Source: an uncultured virus (IMG/VR IMGVR_UViG_3300033463_000060)
Lineage: Duplodnaviria; Heunggongvirae; Uroviricota; Caudoviricetes
IMG/VR virus record: IMGVR_UViG_3300033463_000060
Length of the DNA: 64,000 nt
Reading direction: 5' to 3' (one strand)
Shown here: positions 40,290-50,290 of the stretch, in pieces
How positions within the stretch are numbered: the first letter of the stretch is position 1
Layout of the letters: each line of letters opens with the position of its first letter
Translations under genes and position numbers: made by a program
The notes under the pieces: generated by a model
What the model was told of the DNA's origin: nothing
Databases searched by the model: none
Seen by the model: only the letters and a program-made list of their open reading frames with translations

Positions 40290-40775
40290 ATGGAAAAGCG
40301 AGAATACCCTTTGTTTATCATTGACAACAGCCGGAGCCACGGCAGGGGACGGGAGAAGGATTTCGTGGCCTGCACGTCACGGGAGCTGCCGTGGGTGGGC
40401 GAGATTACCATCCTGACGGAGCAGGAACTGGAGATAGACCAGGACTGGCAGCAGAAGAACTGGTGGTGCGCCTACACGGATGCTAACAGTGCCGGCCTGC
40501 GCGGCAAGCTGAAGGTGCTGAACGCGGAAGCTCTTGACAATAACCGTGGAGAATTGCAAGCGCTCATGCGCCGCTGCCTGAAGGAGTGGCGCATCAGACG
40601 AGGTACCGTGGCAGTGGACTTGGAGAATATCAGCAACGAGGCAGTGGTGAAGTTCGCCAACGTCCTCTTAGAACAGACTCGCGAGAACCTGCGCGAGAAC
40701 CCGAAGGACAAGCAGGCGTACATGGTGGGCTGCATCCTGACGAAGATTAAGAAGGATTATAGTAATAAAGAGTAA
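40290..40775 (+). CDS. Hypothetical protein
   Basis: ORF. Confidence 0.7.
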   Translation: MEKREYPLFIIDNSRSHGRGREKDFVACTSRELPWVGEITILTEQELEIDQDWQQKNWWCAYTDANSAGLRGKLKVLNAEALDNNRGELQALMRRCLKEWRIRRGTVAVDLENISNEAVVKFANVLLEQTRENLRENPKDKQAYMVGCILTKIKKDYSNKE

Positions 40776-40779
40776 GATT

Positions 40780-40956
40780 ATGGCAGAAGAACAGAAAAAG
40801 AGTGGCCGCGGTGGGTGGCGCGGCGGCGGCAGACCAGTAACGGCTTATAAGGTGCCACTGATGGTGCGCATCAGCCAGGAGGCAGCCGACAAGCTGGCAG
40901 ACGTGAAGAATAAGTCGGAGTATATCGACGCACTGATCCTAAATGCAAAGGATTAA
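40780..40956 (+). CDS. Small ribbon-helix-helix-like DNA-binding protein (not in ORF track)
   Basis: GRGGWRGGGRP..LMVRISQEAADKL..NKSEYIDALI. Confidence 0.65.
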   Translation: MAEEQKKSGRGGWRGGGRPVTAYKVPLMVRISQEAADKLADVKNKSEYIDALILNAKD

Positions 40957-41007
40957 CGAATACGAATGACACGGGTGAAAAGCGGGAGCAAAGGCTCTCG
41001 CTTTTTT

Positions 41008-41316
41008 TTATTCTACTTCGTCGATGGTGAAGCGTAGATGCTTGCCGCCATGCTCGATGGTCTGCTGCATTAATGGCTCGCGCTCAGGACGCGGCACGTC
41101 GCTAACGAGTTCGCTGACGGGAATACCCAAAGCGTCTGATAGTTTCTGCAGCGTGGGCCATGATGGCGACTCCAGCATGGCGTTGATATTGTTAGGAATA
41201 ATCCCCATACGTTCGGCTGCCTCTTTTTTGGTAATGCCAGCAGCCTTTATCTTGGTTTCAATAATAGCCTTAATATCCATATACTTTTTTATGTTTATTC
41301 GGCTGCAAATATACAT
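41008..41316 (-). CDS. Cro/CI-type HTH regulator
   Basis: GITKKEAAERMGI..SPSWPTLQKLSDALGIPVSELV; true start probably 41280. Confidence 0.8.
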   Translation of the reverse strand: MYICSRINIKKYMDIKAIIETKIKAAGITKKEAAERMGIIPNNINAMLESPSWPTLQKLSDALGIPVSELVSDVPRPEREPLMQQTIEHGGKHLRFTIDEVE

Positions 41317-41516
41317 AAAAATATTGATTTTTATTGCTTTTTTAGGCTAAATCATAGTTATTTATGTTAATTAACCTTAACTAAGTGTATTTATTTATGT
41401 TTTTGTTTGGGATATAACATAAATATTTATATCTTTGCATCGTGATACAAGGTTTCAACGTTTCAAGAAAACAAGAAAGCAATCAATCAACATTTCAATA
41501 AACAAAACATACAAGT

Positions 41517-41792
41517 ATGGAAGCAATAATTCAATCAAACAATCAGGCAATCAACATTGACATCAATGTGTCAATCAATGTGGATGTGTTTAAAGCAAAT
41601 ATTCAACGTGGATTGCGAACAATCAAGCAACGTTTCGGTGTTGGCATGCTTACACTTCCGCACCTGTATCGCAAGGAACTGCGCATGGCTCGCGCTATGG
41701 CACGGGCGATTGAATCACATCCTACACTATCTAACGTGTGCCTCTGGCTGATGGGCATCGGCATCATGGTCGAGATTTTGTTATTTGCTTAG
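41517..41792 (+). CDS. Small protein with C-terminal TM
   Basis: Host-type promoter at 41406-41437. Confidence 0.6.
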   Translation: MEAIIQSNNQAINIDINVSINVDVFKANIQRGLRTIKQRFGVGMLTLPHLYRKELRMARAMARAIESHPTLSNVCLWLMGIGIMVEILLFA

Positions 41793-41816
41793 TTACACCT
41801 TTATAATATATAGAAT

Positions 41817-43403
41817 ATGACACAGAAGGAATATATAGCATTAGTGGATAAGTCCAAGAGGCTGAGTTACGAATACTATGTGTTGGCTGCACCAACAGTG
41901 AGCGACGCGCAGTTTGACGCCCTGGTGAGCGAGATTGAGCAGGCAGAGGCAGAGCATTCTGAATGGACGCTGGCCGACAGTCCTACGCAGATGGTAGGCA
42001 GCGACGTGCAGGACAATGGTCGCCGACTGATCAGACATCGCACCCGTATGCTCTCTTGTCAGAAGGCACAGACACAAGAGGCGGTGACGAAGTGGATCAC
42101 GGCCACGGAGAAGAAACTAAAAGGCGCACAGACGTATTCCCTGGAATGGAAGTACGACGGCATCAGCTGTTCGTTGGTCTATCAGGACGGACAACTGACG
42201 GAAGCCAGCACTCGCGGCGAGAAAGGCATCATGGGACAGGATATTCTGCCGCATGTGGCCTATATCGCGTCGGTTCCTCATTCTATCAATATGACGGGGC
42301 GTGTGGAAGTGCGCGGTGAAGTGGTCTGCCCGAAGACCGAACTTGCAAGTATTGGTTATAAGGACTGCCGCACGGCTGCCGCTGCACTGATGAATCAGAT
42401 GATGCCTTCGCAGGATTGCCGAAAGTTGGTGTTCCTTGCATGGCAGATGGACTGTAATAATCCTGACGCGCTATTAGAAAACAAGAGCGTCCAGATGTGC
42501 CGCGACATGGGCTTTATCGCAGAGTGCCGCACATGTGAAGGCAACGCGATTTGCGGTTTGCTCGACCAATACGAAGCAGAACGAGAATCGTTGGCTTATC
42601 CCACCGACGGTGTGGTGATTAAGGTGAACGGCAAGGCTTCGGCTGCGTCGCTGGGTGCTACTGAACATCATCCGAAGGGCAATATCGCCTACAAGTTCTC
42701 AGCACAAAAAGCCGTGACGCGCTGCATCGGTATCGAGATTTGTGTGGGCGAGACAGGCCGTCGTACTCCCCGTGCTTTGCTGGAGCCGGTGATGATTATG
42801 GGCCGTGAGGTCAAGGCCGCGTCGATGGGTTCTGAGCGTGTATGGCACGAGCTGGGCGTGACTGAGGGCTGTCTGGTAGAGGTCGGTCTGTCGAATGATG
42901 TCACACCAAAGATTTATCGGGTGATTGATGAAACGGATGAGCCTGTTCAGGAAGTAACGACCACGGATAACACGGATAAAACGGATGATGCCGTTATACC
43001 AGAAGCACAGAACGAACAGTCTGTTTATAATACCAATGCGAAATTGGAGCGTTTGCAGCAGGAGAACGAGCGGCTGCAGGCACAAATAGCACAGATGCAG
43101 GCGCAGCAGTGTGCCGAGCGGTTCTTGCGTCCCGTTGGTAGCAAGCGACCAGAGGTCGAGCGTAGTTGTGAGGATATTCCTCAGCCCACACCAAGACCCA
43201 AGCGCCAGCGCAAGCCACGGAAGCCAGTGGTTGAACATCAGCCATCAGACATCAGCCATCAGACATCGGATAGCGACCACACCTGGCTGCGCTCGGCTGG
43301 CTACCTCGCTGCCGCAAGCATCGCCCTGTTGGTCATCTGGCAGACGGGCTTGATTATCCCTCTTGGGCTGATCGGACTTGCTACATCAGGATTTATAAAA
43401 TAG
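41817..43403 (+). CDS. NAD-dependent DNA ligase-like protein (Ia + adenylation + OB only) with C-terminal coil and TM
   Basis: YY..PTVSDAQFD, KYDG, EVRGEV, TDGVVIK, IAYKF, VGETGRRTP; no Zn finger, HhH or BRCT. Confidence 0.85.
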   Translation: MTQKEYIALVDKSKRLSYEYYVLAAPTVSDAQFDALVSEIEQAEAEHSEWTLADSPTQMVGSDVQDNGRRLIRHRTRMLSCQKAQTQEAVTKWITATEKKLKGAQTYSLEWKYDGISCSLVYQDGQLTEASTRGEKGIMGQDILPHVAYIASVPHSINMTGRVEVRGEVVCPKTELASIGYKDCRTAAAALMNQMMPSQDCRKLVFLAWQMDCNNPDALLENKSVQMCRDMGFIAECRTCEGNAICGLLDQYEAERESLAYPTDGVVIKVNGKASAASLGATEHHPKGNIAYKFSAQKAVTRCIGIEICVGETGRRTPRALLEPVMIMGREVKAASMGSERVWHELGVTEGCLVEVGLSNDVTPKIYRVIDETDEPVQEVTTTDNTDKTDDAVIPEAQNEQSVYNTNAKLERLQQENERLQAQIAQMQAQQCAERFLRPVGSKRPEVERSCEDIPQPTPRPKRQRKPRKPVVEHQPSDISHQTSDSDHTWLRSAGYLAAASIALLVIWQTGLIIPLGLIGLATSGFIK

Positions 43404-43427
43404 TCACAAACTTAATCAAAATAAACA

Positions 43428-43661
43428 ATGGCACAGGAAGATATCTATATTGCAATCAGAAGTGATAAACTATCAAAGCCAAACGATGAACGATATGTGG
43501 TCATCAACAAGGAAACACACGAGGTAGTTGATGATGGACTCGGACATGGCTACAAATCTCCAAAAGCGGCGCACGCTAGTTTCTCGTACAAGATGAAATG
43601 GGTGAACAAAATGAAGCCGAAAGTAATAAACTCTTATAACAAGAAAGCAAAAAATCAATAA
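43428..43661 (+). CDS. Hypothetical protein
   Basis: ORF between ligase and parA. Confidence 0.6.
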   Translation: MAQEDIYIAIRSDKLSKPNDERYVVINKETHEVVDDGLGHGYKSPKAAHASFSYKMKWVNKMKPKVINSYNKKAKNQ

Positions 43662-43663
43662 AT

Positions 43664-44563
43664 ATGGAAAACAAGAATGTAAGACTGAAAGAAGTGTTGG
43701 CGGTAGTCAACAATAAGGGCGGGGTGGGGAAGACCACCACCGTGCAGAGCCTGGCGGTGGCGATTACTCGTCAGGACAGGAATGCGAGGGTGCTGGTGAT
43801 TGACCTGGATCCACAATGTCACCTGTCGAAGCTGATGGGGTGGCAGAAAGGACGCGGGCGCACCATACTGGATGCGCTGAGGGAACAAAGCGGGCTGCCA
43901 GTCTATCAGGTGCCGGAGAAGAAGAACTGTTACGACCAGCCTATCACGAGCGACAAGGGCATCTGGCTGTGTCCGAGCGTGAAGGCATTGCAGAACGTGG
44001 ATGCCGACCTGACGCAGCAGCTACAGCCGCTGCTGGCACTGCGCAAGTGCTTCTTCAAGGGCGTGCAGACTGCCGACAAGATAGACGGCAAGTATTACGA
44101 CGGCGATGGGCCTGCGGCGCCTGTGATGTTTGACTATGTGCTGATAGACTGCCCTCCGGCATTGTCGAAGTCAACCTACAACGCGATGGCGGTGGCCAAC
44201 GGCCTTCTGATACCTACAACGCTGGAGGGTATGTCGGTGAGTGGCATTGGTCCTATCCTGGTGGATATGCAGTCGGTGAAGCAGGAACTCAATCCGCAAC
44301 TGGAACTGACGGGCGTGCTTCCGACGATGACAGACCTGCGCTCGAATATCGCCAAGGGCATTCTGACCGACCTGCGCGAGAAATTCGGCCAACGGCTGCT
44401 GCTGTTCGAGTGGTACAAGGGCAACAAGACCCCTGTCAGCGGTATTCCTGACATCGTAAAGATGAACGAGGCGCAGACGAAGAAGATGAGCATCTACGAC
44501 TGGCAGCCGTACAGCACGGCGAGTATGGCCTACGAGCAACTGGCGAAAACGCTGTTCTTTTAA
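43664..44563 (+). CDS. parA: ParA-family partition ATPase
   Basis: NNKGGVGKTTT, VIDLDPQ, DYVLIDCPP. Confidence 0.92.
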   Translation: MENKNVRLKEVLAVVNNKGGVGKTTTVQSLAVAITRQDRNARVLVIDLDPQCHLSKLMGWQKGRGRTILDALREQSGLPVYQVPEKKNCYDQPITSDKGIWLCPSVKALQNVDADLTQQLQPLLALRKCFFKGVQTADKIDGKYYDGDGPAAPVMFDYVLIDCPPALSKSTYNAMAVANGLLIPTTLEGMSVSGIGPILVDMQSVKQELNPQLELTGVLPTMTDLRSNIAKGILTDLREKFGQRLLLFEWYKGNKTPVSGIPDIVKMNEAQTKKMSIYDWQPYSTASMAYEQLAKTLFF

Positions 44564-44676
44564 CAATCAAGGCTGCGATTAAGCGAGAGCAGACGAAAGC
44601 TCGCTTTCAGTTTGCCGAACGTGAGCAGGCTCGAAATGAAATTTCAACATTTCAAGAAATCAACATTGCAAGAATT

Positions 44677-44994
44677 ATGGGAAACAAGAATAATTGGGAC
44701 GCTGACGCGATGAAAGGTACGCTGATCAGCGACATGGAACAGGAAGTGCGGGAAGGTATCAGCACTGTGCCGAGCGGTTCGCAAGCCCTGGAAACCACCA
44801 TTCCAGATGCTTCTCCATCGGGTAAAGATGAACCAACCAAGGGCGTGCAGACCTACATCCCCATGTCGCAGTACCGCCGACTGAATGACATCAAACTGAC
44901 GCGCCGCGAGAACATCGCCGCCCTGGTGTCGCAGGCTATCGCGCTATGGCTGGACGTGCAGGAGGGGAAGGCTCACGTGGAAAAAGTTATATAG
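44677..44994 (+). CDS. Putative RHH centromere-binding partner of ParA
   Basis: Disordered N-terminus then GVQTYIPMSQYRRL..IAALVSQAIALWL; position after parA. Confidence 0.6.
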   Translation: MGNKNNWDADAMKGTLISDMEQEVREGISTVPSGSQALETTIPDASPSGKDEPTKGVQTYIPMSQYRRLNDIKLTRRENIAALVSQAIALWLDVQEGKAHVEKVI

Positions 44995-45048
44995 TTGGAC
45001 ACCAGACTTTCGCCACGAAAGGTGGAAAAAGTTATATAGTTGGACACC
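44977..45048. repeat. Iteron-like 27-bp direct repeats
   Basis: GTGGAAAAAGTTATATAGTTGGACACC at 44977 and 45022, followed by an AT-rich tract, upstream of rep. Confidence 0.8.
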
Positions 45049-45229
45049 TACAGATTATTATATGATATGATATTATATTCTTCTTATTAAGAACTCTAAG
45101 AGGTATCGTATCGTATTATAGGGACTATGTAAAATCGCCTGTATATCGGGCTTTCCAACGGTCAAAGTGTCCGAAACTATTTCGCTGGGGGAACAATTAT
45201 ATTTTACTGGGTGAACAAAATTAGAGGTT

Positions 45230-46366
45230 TTGAAGATTATGGATGAACTGACGCTGATAAAAACGCCGAACTCGTATATCAAACTGGGGGCGACACGCAC
45301 GCTGTTGCAACAGGACTCGCTGCTGATGGTGAGTGCCCACCTGCAGGAGTACATGAAGACATTCTTCGAGCTGGGGCTGCATCACAGCGGGGCGGCCGTG
45401 CGTCCGCTCTTCACGAAGTACGTGTTGGAGCATGGCATCCCGCCGTTCAAGATTTACCTGGCGGATATGGGCATCAAGGCACAGAACTACCAGACGGTAC
45501 GCGAGGCTATTGCTGAAATGAACGTGATGGTGGAGCATGCCGAGCTGGACGACCAGGGGCGTAAGACGGGAGGTACCATCTTCTCGCCGGTGTTCAAGCA
45601 GTTCCGCGTGCCAGAGCATTACGGCTACATTGAGGTGGAGATAAACAACAATGTGGCGCAATACGCTTTTGATATGGCGCAGGGCTACATCAGCCACCCG
45701 AAGCTGATTGCGCGTTATGCCACGAAACGCTCGACACCGCCCCTGTACTTCAAACTGCTGATGGAGCATCGCAGTGTGGTGCGGCTGACGGTACCCGAGG
45801 TGAAGAAAGCCATCGGTATGGAGCCGTTTCGCGATGACAAGACGGGCAAGTGGGTGGTGCCATACGCCAAATTCGCCCACTTCAAGACAAAGGTGCTGGA
45901 TGCGGTCAAAGCCGATCTTGACCAAATGGTGCAGGACGGTCATGCCGACCTAACGTTTACCTACGAGCCGATATACCAGGGCGACCGCAGACGGGGAGAC
46001 CCATACTACATCGAGTTTATTGTAAAACGTGTAGGTCGCGAAAACCAGCAGCCCATAGAGGGCGACCTCTTCGCCACCGTCCCTGATGCCATTGTTCCCG
46101 ACGCTTCTCCGTCGGGTCTCACCAAAGAGCAGGCTCAGGAAGCATGGCAGCGATGCTACATGGACTTCAAGTCGCAACTCGGCCTGTCTGGTGGTGACGT
46201 ATGGTTTATGGATTATCAGAATGGTGTTGTGACGTTCAACTACGATCACAACGAGCCTGAATTAGCCGAAAGACTAACTAGCGGGGCTGATAGCGATATA
46301 TTTGTAACTATTGTAAAAAGATATTTTGGTAAAGATTGTATGATATATTTTTGTAAAAGCGGCTAA
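45230..46366 (+). CDS. Plasmid-type replication initiator (Rep_3-like)
   Basis: LTVPEVKKAIG..YAKFAHFKTKVLDAVKADL..FTYE winged-helix pattern; iterons and parA upstream; ATG probably 45239. Confidence 0.75.
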   Translation: MKIMDELTLIKTPNSYIKLGATRTLLQQDSLLMVSAHLQEYMKTFFELGLHHSGAAVRPLFTKYVLEHGIPPFKIYLADMGIKAQNYQTVREAIAEMNVMVEHAELDDQGRKTGGTIFSPVFKQFRVPEHYGYIEVEINNNVAQYAFDMAQGYISHPKLIARYATKRSTPPLYFKLLMEHRSVVRLTVPEVKKAIGMEPFRDDKTGKWVVPYAKFAHFKTKVLDAVKADLDQMVQDGHADLTFTYEPIYQGDRRRGDPYYIEFIVKRVGRENQQPIEGDLFATVPDAIVPDASPSGLTKEQAQEAWQRCYMDFKSQLGLSGGDVWFMDYQNGVVTFNYDHNEPELAERLTSGADSDIFVTIVKRYFGKDCMIYFCKSG

Positions 46367-46461
46367 ATGATGTCATGTGCCATAGTAATGTAGAGAGCGT
46401 GTCTTATACTTCTGCCGCGAGGTGTTAGACACAAAGCCCCGCTGATAAATGCGGGGCTTTT

Positions 46462-47637
46462 CTATTTTCCAAATATTTTGTCTAACAAACGGAAGTTGTT
46501 CTCATTTATCACGGAGAAATCTTTTTTAATATAGATATCTGCAACTTCATAGCTTCCAACATGGTTTAAGGCTTCGTCCACGTCACCTTTCGAGAAGTGC
46601 ATCAGGTTGCGCGAAAGCGTGGCAAACGTGTGACGAGCCTGGTAGAACTGCAGACCGTCGATGCCAATCTCATTACCAACCACTTTCAAGCCGACATTGA
46701 TGGCGCGATTGAAATCCTCTGGAGAGCTATAGCGCTGATGGAAAGAAAACACATAATTGCTACTACGATACTTCTTAATGAGTGGTTTGATGACGTTATG
46801 AATATGCACTTCTATATAGGCATTGTCAAGACGTCGGTCCATCGTCTTTGTTCGATTGTATTTCAATATGTCGTGGGATATCGTCTTTACTGAATACATA
46901 TCTACGGAGTTCATTCCCATTAGACAGAATGACAATATAAAGCAGTCGCGGGCCAATTCGGCACGACTATGCGGCTTACCTTTATAATTATATATAGCAA
47001 GCAGTTGTTCTATTGTCAGCGATCTTACACCCTTCTTCATCTGTTGCTTTGGTACGCGGTATCGCTGGAATGGGTCATTGCTGATAACGGTGTCGTAGTC
47101 GGTGTTATACCTTCGCATAGCCTCGCGGTATAGGTGACGCATCAGCCCCAGATAGAGTGATACGGCGCGAGGTTTATCTTTTAGATGTAGTTCGTAATCT
47201 TCCAGCAGCTTATAGGTGATATTCTTAAACGGCAACTTTCGCTTTCCGAGGAAACCTTCTATTGAGTTCAGCATCGTTACATAGTTTTTCTTACCCTTTA
47301 TGTCAGTCTTCGTAATCCATTCGTCGGCAAAGACGAAAAAATCCAATTTTTCTTGGGTATGTGTTAGTCGCTCGACAATCTCCGTGGCATCCATCGTCTG
47401 ACCGATGGCATCCAACTGCAGCGCATCCAGACGTTCTTGCAGTTCCCGTCGCTTTCTCTCAATCAGTTTTGCCTTTTCAGGTTCCTTAACACGCTTTCCG
47501 TTCGTCATCAACTCCGAGTCAGTCACGGATATACCAGTTGGAATGCGCTTCTTCGTCTTACCCTCGCAAATCAGAAACGATACAGGATGTAGTCGTTTCT
47601 TGTTCTTTTTTCCTATTTCTATTGTTATTGTTGCCAT
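46462..47637 (-). CDS. int: Tyrosine integrase
   Basis: Arm-binding N-terminus, SAM-like domain, YQARHTFAT, LNH, Y in ADIYI. Confidence 0.9.
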   Translation of the reverse strand: MATITIEIGKKNKKRLHPVSFLICEGKTKKRIPTGISVTDSELMTNGKRVKEPEKAKLIERKRRELQERLDALQLDAIGQTMDATEIVERLTHTQEKLDFFVFADEWITKTDIKGKKNYVTMLNSIEGFLGKRKLPFKNITYKLLEDYELHLKDKPRAVSLYLGLMRHLYREAMRRYNTDYDTVISNDPFQRYRVPKQQMKKGVRSLTIEQLLAIYNYKGKPHSRAELARDCFILSFCLMGMNSVDMYSVKTISHDILKYNRTKTMDRRLDNAYIEVHIHNVIKPLIKKYRSSNYVFSFHQRYSSPEDFNRAINVGLKVVGNEIGIDGLQFYQARHTFATLSRNLMHFSKGDVDEALNHVGSYEVADIYIKKDFSVINENNFRLLDKIFGK

Positions 47638-47654
47638 ATCTTATATGTTTATTT

Positions 47655-47900
47655 GGCGGAAATCTGACGGAAATTTACTTATTTAAAACTGGAAAATATA
47701 TCCAAAAGTGATATTCTGCTTCTTAATGAAAAATCCCTGCAAATGCTTATTTGCAGGGATTATTAGCTTGGGTGCCCGGTGGGACTCGAACCCACGACAT
47801 TCAGAACCACAATCTCTGTAGGTAAAAGCGTCAGAACCTGTTTGTTTATTGTTGTTTTGTTATTTTAAAACTTTTATTTTGACGGAAATTTTACGGAATT
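47655..47900. mobile_element. attP: core = 3' half of tRNA-His(GTG) at 47769-47815 (minus strand), with paired arm-like sites
   Basis: Reverse complement AGATTGTGGTTCTGAATGTCGTGGGTTCGAGTCCCACCGGGCACCCA; 5' half absent; hairpin 47732-47761; CGGAAAT pairs at 47655-47676 and 47881-47900. Confidence 0.8.
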
Positions 47901-48544
47901 TTATTTTTTATTGATGGGTGATTTCCTTCATCTGCAACGCCCATTTTGAATGGGTAATCCTTAATTACCTCATTAGTTTGATAGACTAACAGTTGACGTT
48001 TTAAATCAGCAATATATTCATTTAAGTTGTCTATAATAACTTGCTTGTCAGTTATCTGCTCTTCTTTGCTTTTTATTTGTTCCCGTAAGGTGCTTATTGT
48101 TTCTTCCTTTGCGGAAAGTTCTCTTTTTACCGAGGCTTCATTTTTTAATATTTCTCTTTTTAATTCCTCAATCTGCTCGTCTTTAACAGCTATTTTGGTA
48201 TTGAAATCTATCATAGTGTCGTAGTCTGGCACGAACATTTTTGTTTGATTATTCGCATCTCTCGACATTTGGTGTGGCAAATCATCCGTGAGCATAATAT
48301 CGCTTGTTCCACGTAGCCATTGAAGATTGAAGATGCAATGCGTGGCCGTTTGAAATTTGGTAATTGCATCCTCTGTAACATTTGTTTTAGCTGTAATAAT
48401 ACGAGATATAGTATCTTTTGATACACCCATTCTGTTTGCTAAATCCTGTTGTGTATGAATGTCTGTATTGCGTTTCAGGTAGTCAAATGCAGCCGCAAAA
48501 TTATTATTTCTGCTGCTGTCTTTCGATTTTTTATCCCGATTCAT
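47891..48544 (-). CDS. CI-like repressor (HTH + coiled coil)
   Basis: TQQDLANRMGVSKDTISRI, FNLQWLRG; divergent from the lytic operon. Confidence 0.75.
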   Translation of the reverse strand: MNRDKKSKDSSRNNNFAAAFDYLKRNTDIHTQQDLANRMGVSKDTISRIITAKTNVTEDAITKFQTATHCIFNLQWLRGTSDIMLTDDLPHQMSRDANNQTKMFVPDYDTMIDFNTKIAVKDEQIEELKREILKNEASVKRELSAKEETISTLREQIKSKEEQITDKQVIIDNLNEYIADLKRQLLVYQTNEVIKDYPFKMGVADEGNHPSIKNKIP

Positions 48545-48796
48545 AGATAGATACTTTTATTGTTAAACAATGATAAAAATAGACACAAAGCGACATGAAT
48601 CTGCACGAATATCATTATATTTGCAACCGAAAGTACTAACGTAAACATCTACAATCGGGACAAAAGAATAGCCGTCGGACGCATAACGCCTTAAAATGCA
48701 AGCAGCAATGCCACTTTGCACATATTGACACTAACCGCAAAGATACGGCTTTCTTCCCGATTTTATATCAAATAACGTAAACTATTAAGTAAATTT

Positions 48797-48991
48797 ATGA
48801 TTTGCGAAAAAGTCGGAAGAGACGAATGGAAGAACCTTAGAATTGGTGAAACTGGTGTTTTTACACTACCTACCAAAGAGGCCTATGAAGCTGCTCGTGT
48901 GGCGGTCAGTCATCTTCGTAAGCAGGGGTATGTTTTTGAGCACCTGAAGGTGAAAGATCCGCTAACGATTGCTTATAGGCGGTTGAAGTGA
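48797..48991 (+). CDS. Small basic protein (Cro position)
   Basis: First gene of the rightward operon. Confidence 0.6.
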   Translation: MICEKVGRDEWKNLRIGETGVFTLPTKEAYEAARVAVSHLRKQGYVFEHLKVKDPLTIAYRRLK

Positions 48992-49040
48992 TTACTGCTT
49001 AATGTTAGTGTAAAAACCATTTTAAAAAAACCTGTGAATA

Positions 49041-49352
49041 ATGAATATTGAACTAAAAGACCTATTGGAATTTGTAACCGATGCTGTGGACGCAGGGGTG
49101 CAGAAGTATGTGCAATCTTGCGACCCAGGTGCTGACTATATCAAGCAAGGGGAAGCCAAGCGCTACTTGCAGAAGTTAGGTTTTAAGGCTTCTATGCTTC
49201 AACATTGGGTTGACAAGGGTCTTTTAACGCCTATTAAGACGGGCGAAGCACAGAATGCCTCTGTGCTCTATTCGTTGGCTGATATTAAAGCTCTGGTCAG
49301 TTCTATACGGTTGAAGGGTATGACCAACACATCTAAACACGACTATATATAA
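49041..49352 (+). CDS. Excisionase-like winged-HTH protein
   Basis: IKQGEAKRYL..LQHWVDKGLL..VLYSLADI. Confidence 0.6.
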   Translation: MNIELKDLLEFVTDAVDAGVQKYVQSCDPGADYIKQGEAKRYLQKLGFKASMLQHWVDKGLLTPIKTGEAQNASVLYSLADIKALVSSIRLKGMTNTSKHDYI

Positions 49353-49554
49353 TAAAAAAAGGTATATGATATGATTGAACCGGAGGACTACAAGTTTCCG
49401 CACAAGGAAACGCCCAGGCAACGAACACCAGAAGAGGAAGCCAAAGCGGCAGAGACGTTGGCTTATTTAGAGAGTCTGCCGTTCAGACCTCACGGCGCAG
49501 AATGGTAAGAAGTATAAAACCATAAATATTTTACCTAAATAACTATAAAACATA

Positions 49555-49818
49555 ATGGAACAGTTCTTTTTGTTATCTGGCAAGGATATAAATGCCCTTG
49601 GAGATGAAGGTTATATCCTTGGCTCGGCAAACCATGCAGCAGTTACTGACGATTTGCCGTTTGGAAGTAATACCATTATACTGTCGTTTGTTGCTGATGG
49701 CAAGGAACAACACGACTATGCTGTTTGTGTACCTGCGGACCACGTTGATGTCCTGGAAACATGTATTGGGAAAGAACCTGTGGAGGTATTTGTTATTCTT
49801 TGGCAATTAAAACATTAA
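49555..49818 (+). CDS. Hypothetical protein
   Basis: ORF. Confidence 0.55.
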   Translation: MEQFFLLSGKDINALGDEGYILGSANHAAVTDDLPFGSNTIILSFVADGKEQHDYAVCVPADHVDVLETCIGKEPVEVFVILWQLKH

Positions 49819-50016
49819 CAATTATGGAAAACAAGGATTTCACATATTGCAACGGCAAAGGGTGTGCGTTGAAAGATCAATGCAGACGTTATCAGGAAGG
49901 ACAGCGCATCATTGCCAACGTCAATGGAGATACTCACCAATACTGGTGGATGGATAACTGTAATGAAGAGAACCGCGAAGGATATATCAATAATTAACCT
50001 AAAACATATAGATATT

Positions 50017-50282
50017 ATGGAGTTTAATTCAAAGCAACACATGGTAGGAGGAGATATGATAACAAAAAACCTTCTGATAGCAAATTTGCAGGAAATGGTT
50101 TATCCCGCACGGCGATGGTATTCAAGATTGCCACCTTGGGAGGTATTAAGTTGACCGTGCCTCAGTTGAATAAGATTAAGGACGTGAATCCCCGTCAGCT
50201 CGAAAGTGTATATAATGAAGTTGTGCGCATGGGCGACCAAGGCAATGCCCGCTTCGCCCTGAGTTTGATACTAAATAAATAA
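50017..50282 (+). pseudogene. Probable frameshifted gene
   Basis: ATG with a good leader at 50017, but the long open frame (FKATHGRRRYD...LILNK*) is offset by one base near TTTAATTCAAA. Confidence 0.35.
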
Positions 50283-50290
50283 AGAGACCT

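Noticed and set aside
34700..43272. Heptamer to nonamer micro-repeats (ATACATT, CATCAGA, GAGGTAA, CACGAATTT)
   Set aside because: Common low-complexity filler in Bacteroidetes DNA; no specific function can be supported
37708..44630. Inverted pair of CGATTAAGCGAG..GCCGA elements (37708-37753, 44576-44626)
   Set aside because: Diverged intergenic copies that look like a dispersed host palindromic repeat, not the ends of a mobile element
47769..47815. Functional tRNA-His gene
   Set aside because: Only the anticodon loop to 3' end is present; the 5' acceptor strand and D arm are missing, so it is treated as the attP core
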